From Aciduliprofundum boonei T469 (lineage in GTDB: Archaea; Thermoplasmatota; Thermoplasmata; Thermoplasmatales; Aciduliprofundaceae), in contig NC_013926.1 of assembly GCF_000025665.1 (NCBI RefSeq), positions 1,080,001-1,112,000 of the forward strand: DNA of 32,000 nt, read 5' to 3'. The position numbers were made by a program, and so were the translations under genes. Below are positions 1 to 8,236 of this stretch, in pieces (position 1 is the first letter of the stretch; each line of letters begins with the position of its first letter). The notes under the pieces are model-generated. The model ran no database searches and was not told where the DNA came from. It saw nothing but the letters and a program-made list of their open reading frames with translations.

Positions 1-532
1 ATTTAATCAGCAATTCTCTGAGAATTCTGGCACTTTTTGGATCTAATCCATTCATTGATTCGTCCATTATTATTACCTTTGGATCATGCAGAAATGAAGC
101 GATAAGCGATATTTTTTGCTTTGTACCAAAGCTCAAAGTACCTATAAATTGGTTCATATATTTCCCTATTTCAAAAGCCTCTACAAACCTGTTTACCCTT
201 TCTTTGAGGATTTTCTCATCAATACCTCTAATTCCGCCTATAAAGGAGAACAGCTCTGCAGGTGTCAAACTCTCGTAGAGTGTGGGAGTTTCAGGCACAT
301 ATCCAATTATTTTCTTAACTTCCACAGGATTTGAAACCACATCAATACCCTCTATTTCCACTCTGCCTGCAGTTGGCTTTAGAACACCCGCAAGGATCTT
401 CAATGTTGTGCTCTTTCCACTTCCATTGGGGCCTAAGAATCCGTATATCTCGCCATTTTCAACCTTAAAGCTGATACCATCTACAACAACCTTCTCAAAG
501 TATTTTTTTACCAAGTTCTCAACTACTATCAA
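1..532 (-). CDS. ABC transporter ATP-binding protein (C-terminal end runs off the window edge)
   Basis: Absent from the ORF track because it has no stop inside the window. Minus-strand translation starts at TTG 532-530, preceded by GGAGGT. It gives LIVVENLVKKYFEKVVVDGISFKVENGEIYGFLGPNGSGKSTTLKILAGVLKPTAGRVEIEGIDVVSNPVEVKKIIGYVPE... GTLSFGTKQKISLIASFLHDPKVIIMDESMNGLDPKSARILRELLIK. Walker A is GPNGSGKST (~405-432), the signature-like motif is LSFGTKQK (~113-142), and Walker B is VIIMDES. The TTG start overlaps the TGA stop (529-531) of the upstream peptidase gene. Confidence 0.85.
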   Translation of the reverse strand, partial: MIVVENLVKKYFEKVVVDGISFKVENGEIYGFLGPNGSGKSTTLKILAGVLKPTAGRVEIEGIDVVSNPVEVKKIIGYVPETPTLYESLTPAELFSFIGGIRGIDEKILKERVNRFVEAFEIGKYMNQFIGTLSFGTKQKISLIASFLHDPKVIIMDESMNGLDPKSARILRELLIK

Positions 533-2373
533 TTTAATACCTCCGTGGATTTTAAGACAAAGGCAAGTATATCCGCAAGCTCTCTAATCCTAGTCTCTGG
601 TGAGGCACCCATATGTCCACTCTTTGTTTCCACTCTCAAGTATACTGGAGCATCAACTTCTCTAAGTTTCATAAAGAATTTTAGAGCATGCGCAGGATGG
701 ACTCTATCATCATGCAAACCCGTGTAAATCATAATCGGTGGGTAATTTTTCTTCTTCACATTGTGATACGGTGAGTATTTTTCCAAAAACTTCCTATCCT
801 CTGGGTTATCTGGATTCCCGTACTCAGGTATCCAGACCTTGCCTATGTACATCTTGTGGAACCTTAGCATATCAATTACAGGATAACCGATAATGGCTGC
901 ATCCATAACATCTGGTCTCTGCACTAGCGTGGCTGCCACCAGCAAACCTCCATTACTGCGCCCCCAGGCAACTACCTTATAATCTTTTTTCAAATTCTCT
1001 AGGACAGATATAAAATCATCAAAAACATTCTGTTTTTTGTCTCTCATTCCTGCACGATGCCATTCTTCTCCGTATTCACTTCCACCTCTCAAATTTGCAA
1101 CAACGAATGTGCCTCCCATTTTCAAAAATGGGACTACATGGGGAAAGAATCTCGGAGATAATGAGATATTGAATCCTCCATAACCAAACACCCAAGCTAT
1201 ATTATTTTTGTTCTCTCCCTCTACCAAGAAATAATGAATATTGGTACCATCCTTGGATCTTACAAAATCTTCTTTTATTTTATACTCTCCTTCAATTTTG
1301 GTCTCGTGAATTATCCTCATCGAATCTTTAAATTCATAGAGCCTTGAAGGTATGGTAAAACTTTCGTATTTCAAAAGTATGCCATCCTTACTATCAAATG
1401 GAATCACCTTTCCCGCAGGCTCGAATTTTATCTCCTTAACCTTTTTTCCTTCCAAGGAGAACAATTTTAATTTAGAGGAAGCGTCCACAAGATATCCAGC
1501 CAGGATTTTTCCATTCACAATTTCAGCCCATTCTAATGGATATTCCCCTTCGGGCACAACTTCCTCTATATCTTCACCTATTGCGATAATCTTGCCGTAT
1601 CCAGAGCCTTCTCTCGTGAGAACATATAATTTACCATCTACAATATCAATGGGCTCTGCTGGCACTTCTGATTTGTATACTTTTTTCCATTTTTCTGGGT
1701 TCTCTATCGGACCAAGATATATCTCACTGCTGTTCCATCCAAAGGTTTTGGTGAGAATTGCATATTTTCCATCATTGCTCTTCTTTATGTACATAAAATA
1801 ATTTGAATCCAAGCCATCTCCAAAAACCATCTTCTCTTCATTCTTGTCTCTCCAGAAAAGACGCTCTACAGGAGGTTTCATGCCATCCGGGCTCTCTTCC
1901 TTCCTGTAAAATCTGGAGAAGTAATAGCCATCTCTAAGAAATATTATGTTGTTAATTGAAGGTTTTATCTCTTCCACTTCCCTACTCTCTAAATTCACAA
2001 TTCTGGTTATTCCCTCGTCAGAGCCCCCAATAGAGAAGTTGTAAGCGAAGAATTTTAAATGCTCGTCCACAGAAAATCCCTGGAGCAGAATCTCATCTTT
2101 TAACTCTTTTTCTAGGTCCTTGGAATCTATCAGTATCTCTCCTGAGCTCAAATTTTTCACTACCTGTTTTCCATGCTCATTAATTGCAGCAATGATGCCT
2201 TTTTTTGTTATTTTTGCTTCCCAAATTGTTGGAAGGTAATAATAATGACGAATCTCATCAGCAAGTTTGTCAGAAAGTCCATCTACATAATCCCTAAATC
2301 TTTTGTTCTCCTCATTGACGAGTTTTAAGATCCTCTCATCCTCCAAATTTTCCATCCACTCATAAGGATCCAT
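529..2373 (-). CDS. Prolyl oligopeptidase family (S9) serine peptidase
   Basis: The N-terminus MDPYEWMENLEDE matches the POP-family DPYxWLED start. The catalytic triad context is GRSNGGLL (GxSxGG Ser), TGLHDDRV (Asp) and KSGHMGAS (His). I moved the start from 2481 to ATG 2373 because the 36-codon extension has no homology-like content and would overlap the divergent HD gene. Confidence 0.9.
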   Translation of the reverse strand: MDPYEWMENLEDERILKLVNEENKRFRDYVDGLSDKLADEIRHYYYLPTIWEAKITKKGIIAAINEHGKQVVKNLSSGEILIDSKDLEKELKDEILLQGFSVDEHLKFFAYNFSIGGSDEGITRIVNLESREVEEIKPSINNIIFLRDGYYFSRFYRKEESPDGMKPPVERLFWRDKNEEKMVFGDGLDSNYFMYIKKSNDGKYAILTKTFGWNSSEIYLGPIENPEKWKKVYKSEVPAEPIDIVDGKLYVLTREGSGYGKIIAIGEDIEEVVPEGEYPLEWAEIVNGKILAGYLVDASSKLKLFSLEGKKVKEIKFEPAGKVIPFDSKDGILLKYESFTIPSRLYEFKDSMRIIHETKIEGEYKIKEDFVRSKDGTNIHYFLVEGENKNNIAWVFGYGGFNISLSPRFFPHVVPFLKMGGTFVVANLRGGSEYGEEWHRAGMRDKKQNVFDDFISVLENLKKDYKVVAWGRSNGGLLVAATLVQRPDVMDAAIIGYPVIDMLRFHKMYIGKVWIPEYGNPDNPEDRKFLEKYSPYHNVKKKNYPPIMIYTGLHDDRVHPAHALKFFMKLREVDAPVYLRVETKSGHMGASPETRIRELADILAFVLKSTEVLN

Positions 2374-2445
2374 AGTAGGTGAAAGCAAAGGCGGATAATT
2401 AATTTTATGGGGAAGATTTATTAAATACAAAACAATTTTCCTTGT

Positions 2446-3753
2446 ATGGAAGATTTCAAAATAATCCACGATGCAATACATGGAAGCATAAAATTTGAAG
2501 AAGTTACTTTACGCCTTTTAGAAACTCCTGAGATGCAGCGTTTGAGCGGTATAAAGCAGCTTGGCCTCGGCTATTTAGTTTTCCCGGGTGCGAATCACAC
2601 TCGTCTAGAACATTCAATTGGAGTTGGATATGTTGCCGGGAGAATGGGTGAGGTTTTGAGATTGCCAAAAGAAGAGATAAATCTTCTAAAAGCAGCAGGA
2701 ATGCTCCATGACCTAGGCCATTCTCCGTTTTCCCATACTTTAGAGTATTTACTTTATGAAAAGACCAAGCTTGACCATATGGAGATAACAACAAAAATAA
2801 TTGAGGGTAAAATTGATCTCCTAGAAGGTCTGGATATTGAGGATAGGGAGAGAATTCATGAGATTTTAGGAGATTACGGATTGGATACAAAGCAAATTGG
2901 AAAAATGATTCTTGGTGAAACAGAGGAGATAAACCTGGATAGTTTTAACGGAAATGCAAGTTTCTTTGGTGGAGAGAAAAATTATTTGGTAAATATGATA
3001 AGTGGAAGCTTGGATGCTGATCAGATTGACTATTTGCTAAGAGATGCACATTACACTGGTGTGGCTCACGGAGCCATAGATTTTCCCAGAATATTGCATA
3101 CTCTGAAAATAAAGAACGGAGAGCTTATGATAGACAAGAAGGGAGTTCCTGCGCTGGAAGGTATGTTAGTTGCCCGGGCGTTGATGTATTCTGCGGTTTA
3201 TTTCCACAAAACTAACAGAATAGGAGAGTTAATGCTCTCTCGGGCCGTTGAAGAGATTGAGATGGATAACTGGCTCGAAATCTATCGCTACAATGATTCT
3301 GAACTAATCTCTCTTCTTCTCTCTCAAGGAGGATACCCTAGGGAGATTGCACTGCGCATAAAATACAGAAAATTATTTAAAAAGGCCATGGTAAGAACAT
3401 TTGAAGAACTTGAAAATATGTATGGTGATGAATACAAAGAGATTCTTTTGAAGCTTTGCGATTTAAAAGTTAGAAGGAAAATGGAGCGGGAGATAGCAGA
3501 GGCAGCGGGTATAGATGAAAGGTATGTGCTTATAGACATACCCAGCAGAAATGTCATTCTTTCAGAGCCAAGGTTGACAAAGACAAATGTTAAAGTTGTG
3601 GAAGGAGAGCATGTTTATCCCCTATCAAAATTCTCCCCACTTGCAAGGGCATTACAGACCAGAAAGGTACAGGATTGGGCAATAATGGTGGTCGCACCAA
3701 AGGAGAACCTAGAAAAAGTAAAAAAAGTTGCTGAAAGGATTATATTCTACTGA
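2446..3753 (+). CDS. HD-domain phosphohydrolase, COG1078/SAMHD1-like putative dNTP triphosphohydrolase
   Basis: 435 aa. Motifs are EHSIGVGYVAGRM, MLHDLGHSPFSH and DADQIDYLLRDAHYTGV, giving the H..HD..D metal site plus the DxxDYLxRD motif of this family. The N-terminus KIIHDAIHGSIKF is typical. Confidence 0.85.
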   Translation: MEDFKIIHDAIHGSIKFEEVTLRLLETPEMQRLSGIKQLGLGYLVFPGANHTRLEHSIGVGYVAGRMGEVLRLPKEEINLLKAAGMLHDLGHSPFSHTLEYLLYEKTKLDHMEITTKIIEGKIDLLEGLDIEDRERIHEILGDYGLDTKQIGKMILGETEEINLDSFNGNASFFGGEKNYLVNMISGSLDADQIDYLLRDAHYTGVAHGAIDFPRILHTLKIKNGELMIDKKGVPALEGMLVARALMYSAVYFHKTNRIGELMLSRAVEEIEMDNWLEIYRYNDSELISLLLSQGGYPREIALRIKYRKLFKKAMVRTFEELENMYGDEYKEILLKLCDLKVRRKMEREIAEAAGIDERYVLIDIPSRNVILSEPRLTKTNVKVVEGEHVYPLSKFSPLARALQTRKVQDWAIMVVAPKENLEKVKKVAERIIFY

Positions 3754-5373
3754 TTACTCCTCCTCGCTTCCAGGGCCCTTCTCTCCACCTTTCTTGGATT
3801 CCCCCTTCGCAGCGATTACATCATCTATGCGGAGAATCATTATGGCTGCATCTGTAGCGCTGTCTATTGCCTGCTTGCCCACGCGTATTGGCTCTATAAC
3901 TCCAAGCTCCATCATGTCCGCAATCTTGCCCTCATATACATTTATTCCCGCATACACATTTCCGTCTTTGTGGGCCTTGCGAAGCTCTATGAGCATATCT
4001 ATTGGATCATGTCCAGCATTCTCTGCGAGGGTGCGAGGTATAATCTCCAGAGCGTCTGCAAATGCTTCAATTGCAAGCTGCTCTCTACCTCCCACACTGG
4101 CTGCATAGTCTCTTAGTTTCAAGGCTATTTCAACAGCACTTGAGCCTCCACCGGTGGTTATCTTACCATCTTCAACAGCTTTGGCCACCACATGTAAAGC
4201 ATCTTTAAGACTGCGCTCTATCTCGTCAACCACATGCTCAGTGCCACCACGCACCAGTATGCTCACGGCCTTTGGATTCTCACACCCGATAACGAAGGTC
4301 ATGTTATCTTCGCCTATCTTGCGCTGCTCAACAAGCTCAGCATGGCCCAGATCCTCTGGGGTCAAGTCATCCAGGTTGGTTATTATCTTTCCACCAGTGG
4401 CTTTGCTAAGCTTCTCCATATCGCTCTTCTTCACACGGCGAACTGCATATATACCTTCTTTGGCAAGGAAGTGCTGTGCCATATCATCTATACCTTTCTG
4501 GCAGAGCACCACATTGGCACCACTTGCCTTTATCTTCTCAACCATACCCTTTAATATCTTCTCCTCCTCATCAAGGAATGCTCGAACCATTGCAGGATCC
4601 TTTATCTGAATATTTGCATCTATCTCAGGTTTCTTTACTTCAAGAGCCATATTTATGAGTGCAATTTTAGCATCCTTAACCCTACCAGGCATTCCGGGAT
4701 GCACCTTCTCCTTGTCTATGATCATACCATCTATTAACTCAGTATCATCTATAGCCCCACCCTGCTTTTTCACGATTTGAATTGAATCCATATCTACAAC
4801 CATCCTTCCATCCACATTCTCAGCCACTTTTTTCACAGCTTTAACTGCTATCTCACTTAGAAGCTCTTTGGCCATACTTGCGCTCTTGCTGCTCAGGGCT
4901 GTGGCTGCAATCTTCTTCAGTGTCTCTTCATCATCAATACTTATTGGCTTTGCAATTTCATCCAAAATCTCTTTGGCTTTTTCAGCAGCATGCCTGTAAC
5001 CAGCCGCAATAACGGTTGGATGTACATTCTGCTCAAGAAGCTCCTCGGCATTCTTTAAAAGCTCTCCTGCAAGAACAACCGCTGTGGTTGTACCGTCTCC
5101 AACCTCGCTATCCTGTGTCTTTGCAACCTCAACCATCATCTTAGCAGCCGGATGCTCCACATCAATTTCCTTGAGGATAGTAACACCATCATTGGTAATA
5201 ACAACATCACCAAGGCTATCTACAAGCATCTTGTCCATACCTCTAGGACCTAGGGTGCTACGAACCGCATCTGCTATTGCTCTAGCAGCAGCAATGTTGT
5301 TCTTCATGGCCTCTTTTCCAGTCTCTCTCCTAGTACCCTCTTTTAATATGAGTATTGGCTGACCTGCCATCAT
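3754..5373 (-). CDS. ths: Thermosome subunit (group II chaperonin)
   Basis: [14 protein letters not shown]..., [26 protein letters not shown] (GDGTTT nucleotide motif), and colinear over more than 530 aa. The start is set at ATG 5373. The track start (5382) is a GTG inside the GGAGGTG SD at 5380-5386. Confidence 0.97.
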   Translation of the reverse strand: MMAGQPILILKEGTRRETGKEAMKNNIAAARAIADAVRSTLGPRGMDKMLVDSLGDVVITNDGVTILKEIDVEHPAAKMMVEVAKTQDSEVGDGTTTAVVLAGELLKNAEELLEQNVHPTVIAAGYRHAAEKAKEILDEIAKPISIDDEETLKKIAATALSSKSASMAKELLSEIAVKAVKKVAENVDGRMVVDMDSIQIVKKQGGAIDDTELIDGMIIDKEKVHPGMPGRVKDAKIALINMALEVKKPEIDANIQIKDPAMVRAFLDEEEKILKGMVEKIKASGANVVLCQKGIDDMAQHFLAKEGIYAVRRVKKSDMEKLSKATGGKIITNLDDLTPEDLGHAELVEQRKIGEDNMTFVIGCENPKAVSILVRGGTEHVVDEIERSLKDALHVVAKAVEDGKITTGGGSSAVEIALKLRDYAASVGGREQLAIEAFADALEIIPRTLAENAGHDPIDMLIELRKAHKDGNVYAGINVYEGKIADMMELGVIEPIRVGKQAIDSATDAAIMILRIDDVIAAKGESKKGGEKGPGSEEE

Positions 5374-5408
5374 GGTTCTCACCTCCGATTTGCTGTAAAA
5401 TATTTCTT

Positions 5409-5418
5409 CTATATAAAG
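5409..5418 (-). promoter_or_regulatory. TATA-like box of the thermosome promoter (CTTTATATAG on minus strand)
   Basis: An A/T-rich TATA-like element about 35-45 nt upstream of ATG 5373 and about 25 nt upstream of the SD, consistent with archaeal promoter geometry. Confidence 0.5.
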
Positions 5419-5424
5419 ATTTCT

Positions 5425-5447
5425 GAAAATGAATCTTCGGAATTTTC
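5425..5447. promoter_or_regulatory. Inverted repeat GAAAAT-N11-ATTTTC between the rlmH stop and the thermosome TATA box
   Basis: Read directly: GAAAAT (5425-5430) and ATTTTC (5442-5447). The inner sequence is rich in GAA/TTC units. It lies 2 nt downstream of the rlmH-like stop and 7 nt upstream of the thermosome TATA box. Confidence 0.35.
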
Positions 5448-5448
5448 T

Positions 5449-5835
5449 TTATTTTTCGTAATTTGTTCCCTTCATCCTTAGCAATGCTCTGTAAATCTGC
5501 TCAAGGAGAATCAATCTTGCAAGCTCATGCTGGAAAGTCATTCTTGATAAGGAGATTTTCTCACCCTGCACCTCTCCAAATCCTTCAGGGGGTCCTATAA
5601 CAAAGACTATTTTCTCTCCACGGGAAGATTTCTTTCTTATCAGTTCAAAGAACTCATCGCTGCTCATCTCAATGCCTTTAGGATCCAGCAAAATAGCATC
5701 TGGAGGTATTTTTGAGCCACGAGCAAATCTTGCATGAGCTAATTTAGAAATTCTTTTCTCATACTCACTTATGATTTGCGAATATTCCCTCGATGATTTT
5801 CCAAGGGTAATTACTTCTATCTTAACAGGTAGCAT
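5449..5835 (-). CDS. rlmH: RlmH-like SPOUT rRNA methyltransferase
   Basis: 128 aa. The C-terminal half IVFVIGPPEGFGEVQGEKISLSRMTFQHELARLILLEQIYRA follows the bacterial RlmH pattern (GGPEG ... LSLS..T..H.L.R..L.EQ.YRA). A TATA-like GATATAAATAT lies about 25-30 nt upstream of the ATG with no SD, so the transcript is probably leaderless. Confidence 0.75.
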   Translation of the reverse strand: MLPVKIEVITLGKSSREYSQIISEYEKRISKLAHARFARGSKIPPDAILLDPKGIEMSSDEFFELIRKKSSRGEKIVFVIGPPEGFGEVQGEKISLSRMTFQHELARLILLEQIYRALLRMKGTNYEK

Positions 5836-5899
5836 TTTTTATAGAATTTTTCCAAAATATTTATATCTTTCCTGCAATTTAGCCCGCCAAGGTGATTCA

Positions 5900-7495
5900 A
5901 TGGTTGAAATAGTGCTTACCACGGACAGAACGATGATGTCAAATCACCATCACAAAGAATTTTTGGGATTTGGAACTACGGGACCGCCTCTCATACTTCC
6001 AGAGAAGGTGTGGTTATGGCTATTCGCACCCAAGATGAAGGTTATCGATAAAGACGGGAGACCTCTGGAGGCACCCTACGGTTTGAGAAAAATAGAGGCA
6101 AAATTAATAGATGATGGGTTTGACGCTGCCATAATAGATCCTGATCATCTCTACAAACATATTGATGATGCAAAGGTTCTTCTTCTTTCTCACCACGACT
6201 ATTTTGGATTCGGCCCTCCATCAAGCACATTTGCATCTATTTTTAAAACAGAAACGGTGAATGCAAGGTCTTTCGCTCGCCTTATGAACTCTGAGCCCGT
6301 TAGAAAAATGAAGAAAAATGGAGTGAAAATAATAGCAGGGGGCCCGGCGGCATGGCATTGGAAATATAGAGAGGATAAGATGAAAGAGTGGGGGGTGGAT
6401 ACGGTAGTAGATGGTGAGGGGGAGCTTGCCATCGGTGAATTAGTGCGCAGAGCTCTAAAAGGTGAGGAGCTTCCTAAATTCATAGATTTAAAACCTTCAC
6501 AATCACCGAAAATTGAGGAAATATCTGAAATAAAACTTCCAAGTGTAAATGGTCTGGTTGAGGTTATGCGAGGCTGTCCCAGAGGTTGCAAGTTCTGCTC
6601 CGTCACGCTGAGACCTTTGAGATATATGCCCTTTGAAAAGATAGAAAAGGAAATTTTAGTTAATGTTCGCAATGGTGTGGAAAATGGTATCATTCATAGC
6701 GAGGATGTATTGCTCTACGGCGCAAAACCTCCATCTTACATAATACCCAACGAAGAAAAATTAATAAAATTGCACAAGTTATTCAAGAAGCACTACAAAA
6801 AGGTAGTATGGGCCCATGCAAGCTTGGCAGCCATAGTTAAGGGGCAGCAAGATTCAAAGCTTATGGATAAATTGGCAGAAATCATAATAGATGAGCACCA
6901 GTCATGGTGGGGAGCTGAGATAGGTGTAGAAACGGGCTCACCGCGTTTGGCTAAGATAATAATGCCTCAAAAAGCCAAGCCATTCTCCACTGAGAAGTGG
7001 CCGGAGATAGTTTTGGAAGGTGCCGGAATAATGCAAGATGTGGGTATGCAGCCTGCAATGACACTAATTGCAGGACTCCCCGAAGAAACGGAAGATGATA
7101 TAATCAAAACTCTTGAATTAGTGGATGATTTATGGGATTTCAAGGCGATTATAATGCCCATGTTCTTCGTGCCCATGGGATTGCTAAAAGACAAAGATTG
7201 GTTCCAGGCATATGAGCTAAGTGATATTCATATGGAACTACTCAAAAGATGCCTGACTCATGGGATAAGGCAAGGTAGAAATATCCTCAAGAACTACTTC
7301 GAGGAGCGTTGGTACGGGCCACTGATGATGCCTTTTTACCATCTCTTCATAGATCTCATAGAAAGGCAAGCGAAAAAGAGGGGATACATAAGTGAGCCGG
7401 GGAGCCATGTTGGCAAAACATTCGGAAAAATAGATAAGGGGAAGGTAAAGAAAGAGAAAGGCGAGAATGTGGACTGGGACAAGACATGCCGTTAA
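5900..7495 (+). CDS. Radical SAM protein with an N-terminal B12-binding-like (Rossmann) region, function unassigned
   Basis: VEVMRGCPRGCKFCSV carries the CxxxCxxC radical SAM cluster motif. About 215 aa upstream include VKIIAGGPAAW, typical of the cobalamin-binding-like domain of class B/COG1032-type enzymes. The start is set at ATG 5900, in frame and preceded by AAGGTGA. The track start 5771 overlaps the divergent rlmH-like gene. Confidence 0.8.
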   Translation: MVEIVLTTDRTMMSNHHHKEFLGFGTTGPPLILPEKVWLWLFAPKMKVIDKDGRPLEAPYGLRKIEAKLIDDGFDAAIIDPDHLYKHIDDAKVLLLSHHDYFGFGPPSSTFASIFKTETVNARSFARLMNSEPVRKMKKNGVKIIAGGPAAWHWKYREDKMKEWGVDTVVDGEGELAIGELVRRALKGEELPKFIDLKPSQSPKIEEISEIKLPSVNGLVEVMRGCPRGCKFCSVTLRPLRYMPFEKIEKEILVNVRNGVENGIIHSEDVLLYGAKPPSYIIPNEEKLIKLHKLFKKHYKKVVWAHASLAAIVKGQQDSKLMDKLAEIIIDEHQSWWGAEIGVETGSPRLAKIIMPQKAKPFSTEKWPEIVLEGAGIMQDVGMQPAMTLIAGLPEETEDDIIKTLELVDDLWDFKAIIMPMFFVPMGLLKDKDWFQAYELSDIHMELLKRCLTHGIRQGRNILKNYFEERWYGPLMMPFYHLFIDLIERQAKKRGYISEPGSHVGKTFGKIDKGKVKKEKGENVDWDKTCR

Positions 7496-8157
7496 GTGTA
7501 AATTTTGTAAGAGAAACTTCTACTCTCTCCCAAAATATCTTTCAATCTTATTGTTCTTGCCTCCGGTAACCTTTTTTTCAAACCCTCAAGGTGCCCATCA
7601 CCAACAAAAGCCAGAATCTTTATATCTTCACCATCTAAGCGTTTCAGGTTATTTGCCATAAATTCTTCCCTATCATCAAAAAGTGCCTTTGATAATCCGG
7701 GATACTTTTTCTTCATTTCTTTTATGTATTTATCTTCCTGGTCAATTATACTCTCCACCTCTTTCTTTCCCATTTTCTTACCAACTAAGGGTGCAAATAT
7801 CAGAGAACCGTACATTTTAACTTTCTCCCACAAACTCATATTCTTCTTTACGCTCTTGATTATTTGCTGAGAATCCATATCTATGAACGCCACTTGCTTA
7901 TTCATAATTTGTGCAGTTCTAACCGCAGTCACCATCTCAGAGCCCACCTCACCTCCAAGCATATCTGCAAGATTCTTCTGCATCTCGGCCATCTTGCGAT
8001 AAAAATACGGCATCTCTCCCTGCTGTTTCGTGGTTAGGGCAACATATCTACCGTAATCCAATTCTACTGCCACTATATCAGGATTTTCCTCCAATATAAG
8101 CCTCTCTATATGTACCTTCAGATCTATTACATGGGCCACGCCTACCAGGATTATCAC
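7492..8157 (-). CDS. TraB/PrgY/GumN family protein
   Basis: 221 aa. IILVGVAHVIDLKVHIERLILEENPDIVAVELD, GSEMVTAVRTA and LFDDREEFMANNL...ILAFVGDGHLEGL follow the TraB family pattern (GTAHV..., PD.VAVEL, ERD..., GxGH..G). The GTG start at 8157 is required to retain the conserved GVAHV N-terminus. Confidence 0.75.
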   Translation of the reverse strand: MIILVGVAHVIDLKVHIERLILEENPDIVAVELDYGRYVALTTKQQGEMPYFYRKMAEMQKNLADMLGGEVGSEMVTAVRTAQIMNKQVAFIDMDSQQIIKSVKKNMSLWEKVKMYGSLIFAPLVGKKMGKKEVESIIDQEDKYIKEMKKKYPGLSKALFDDREEFMANNLKRLDGEDIKILAFVGDGHLEGLKKRLPEARTIRLKDILGESRSFSYKIYT

Positions 8158-8236
8158 AGAAAAAGAATAACGATATAATATTTTATATTTCCCAAAATCC
8201 TATAATACTTGCTCTCTATCCTCCCATGGTGGTAAT

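Noticed and set aside
116-587. Plus-strand ORFs 116-334 and 282-587 from the ORF track
   Set aside because: They lie antisense to a clear ABC ATPase reading frame with Walker A, signature and Walker B motifs. Their S/P/F/T-rich composition is typical of shadow ORFs.
5425-5447. A eukaryote-like heat shock element (alternating GAA/TTC) upstream of the thermosome
   Set aside because: The spacing deviates from the canonical nGAAnnTTCnnGAAn pattern, with one 1-nt spacer, and archaea have no HSF. I kept it only as a generic inverted repeat or possible operator, not as an HSE.
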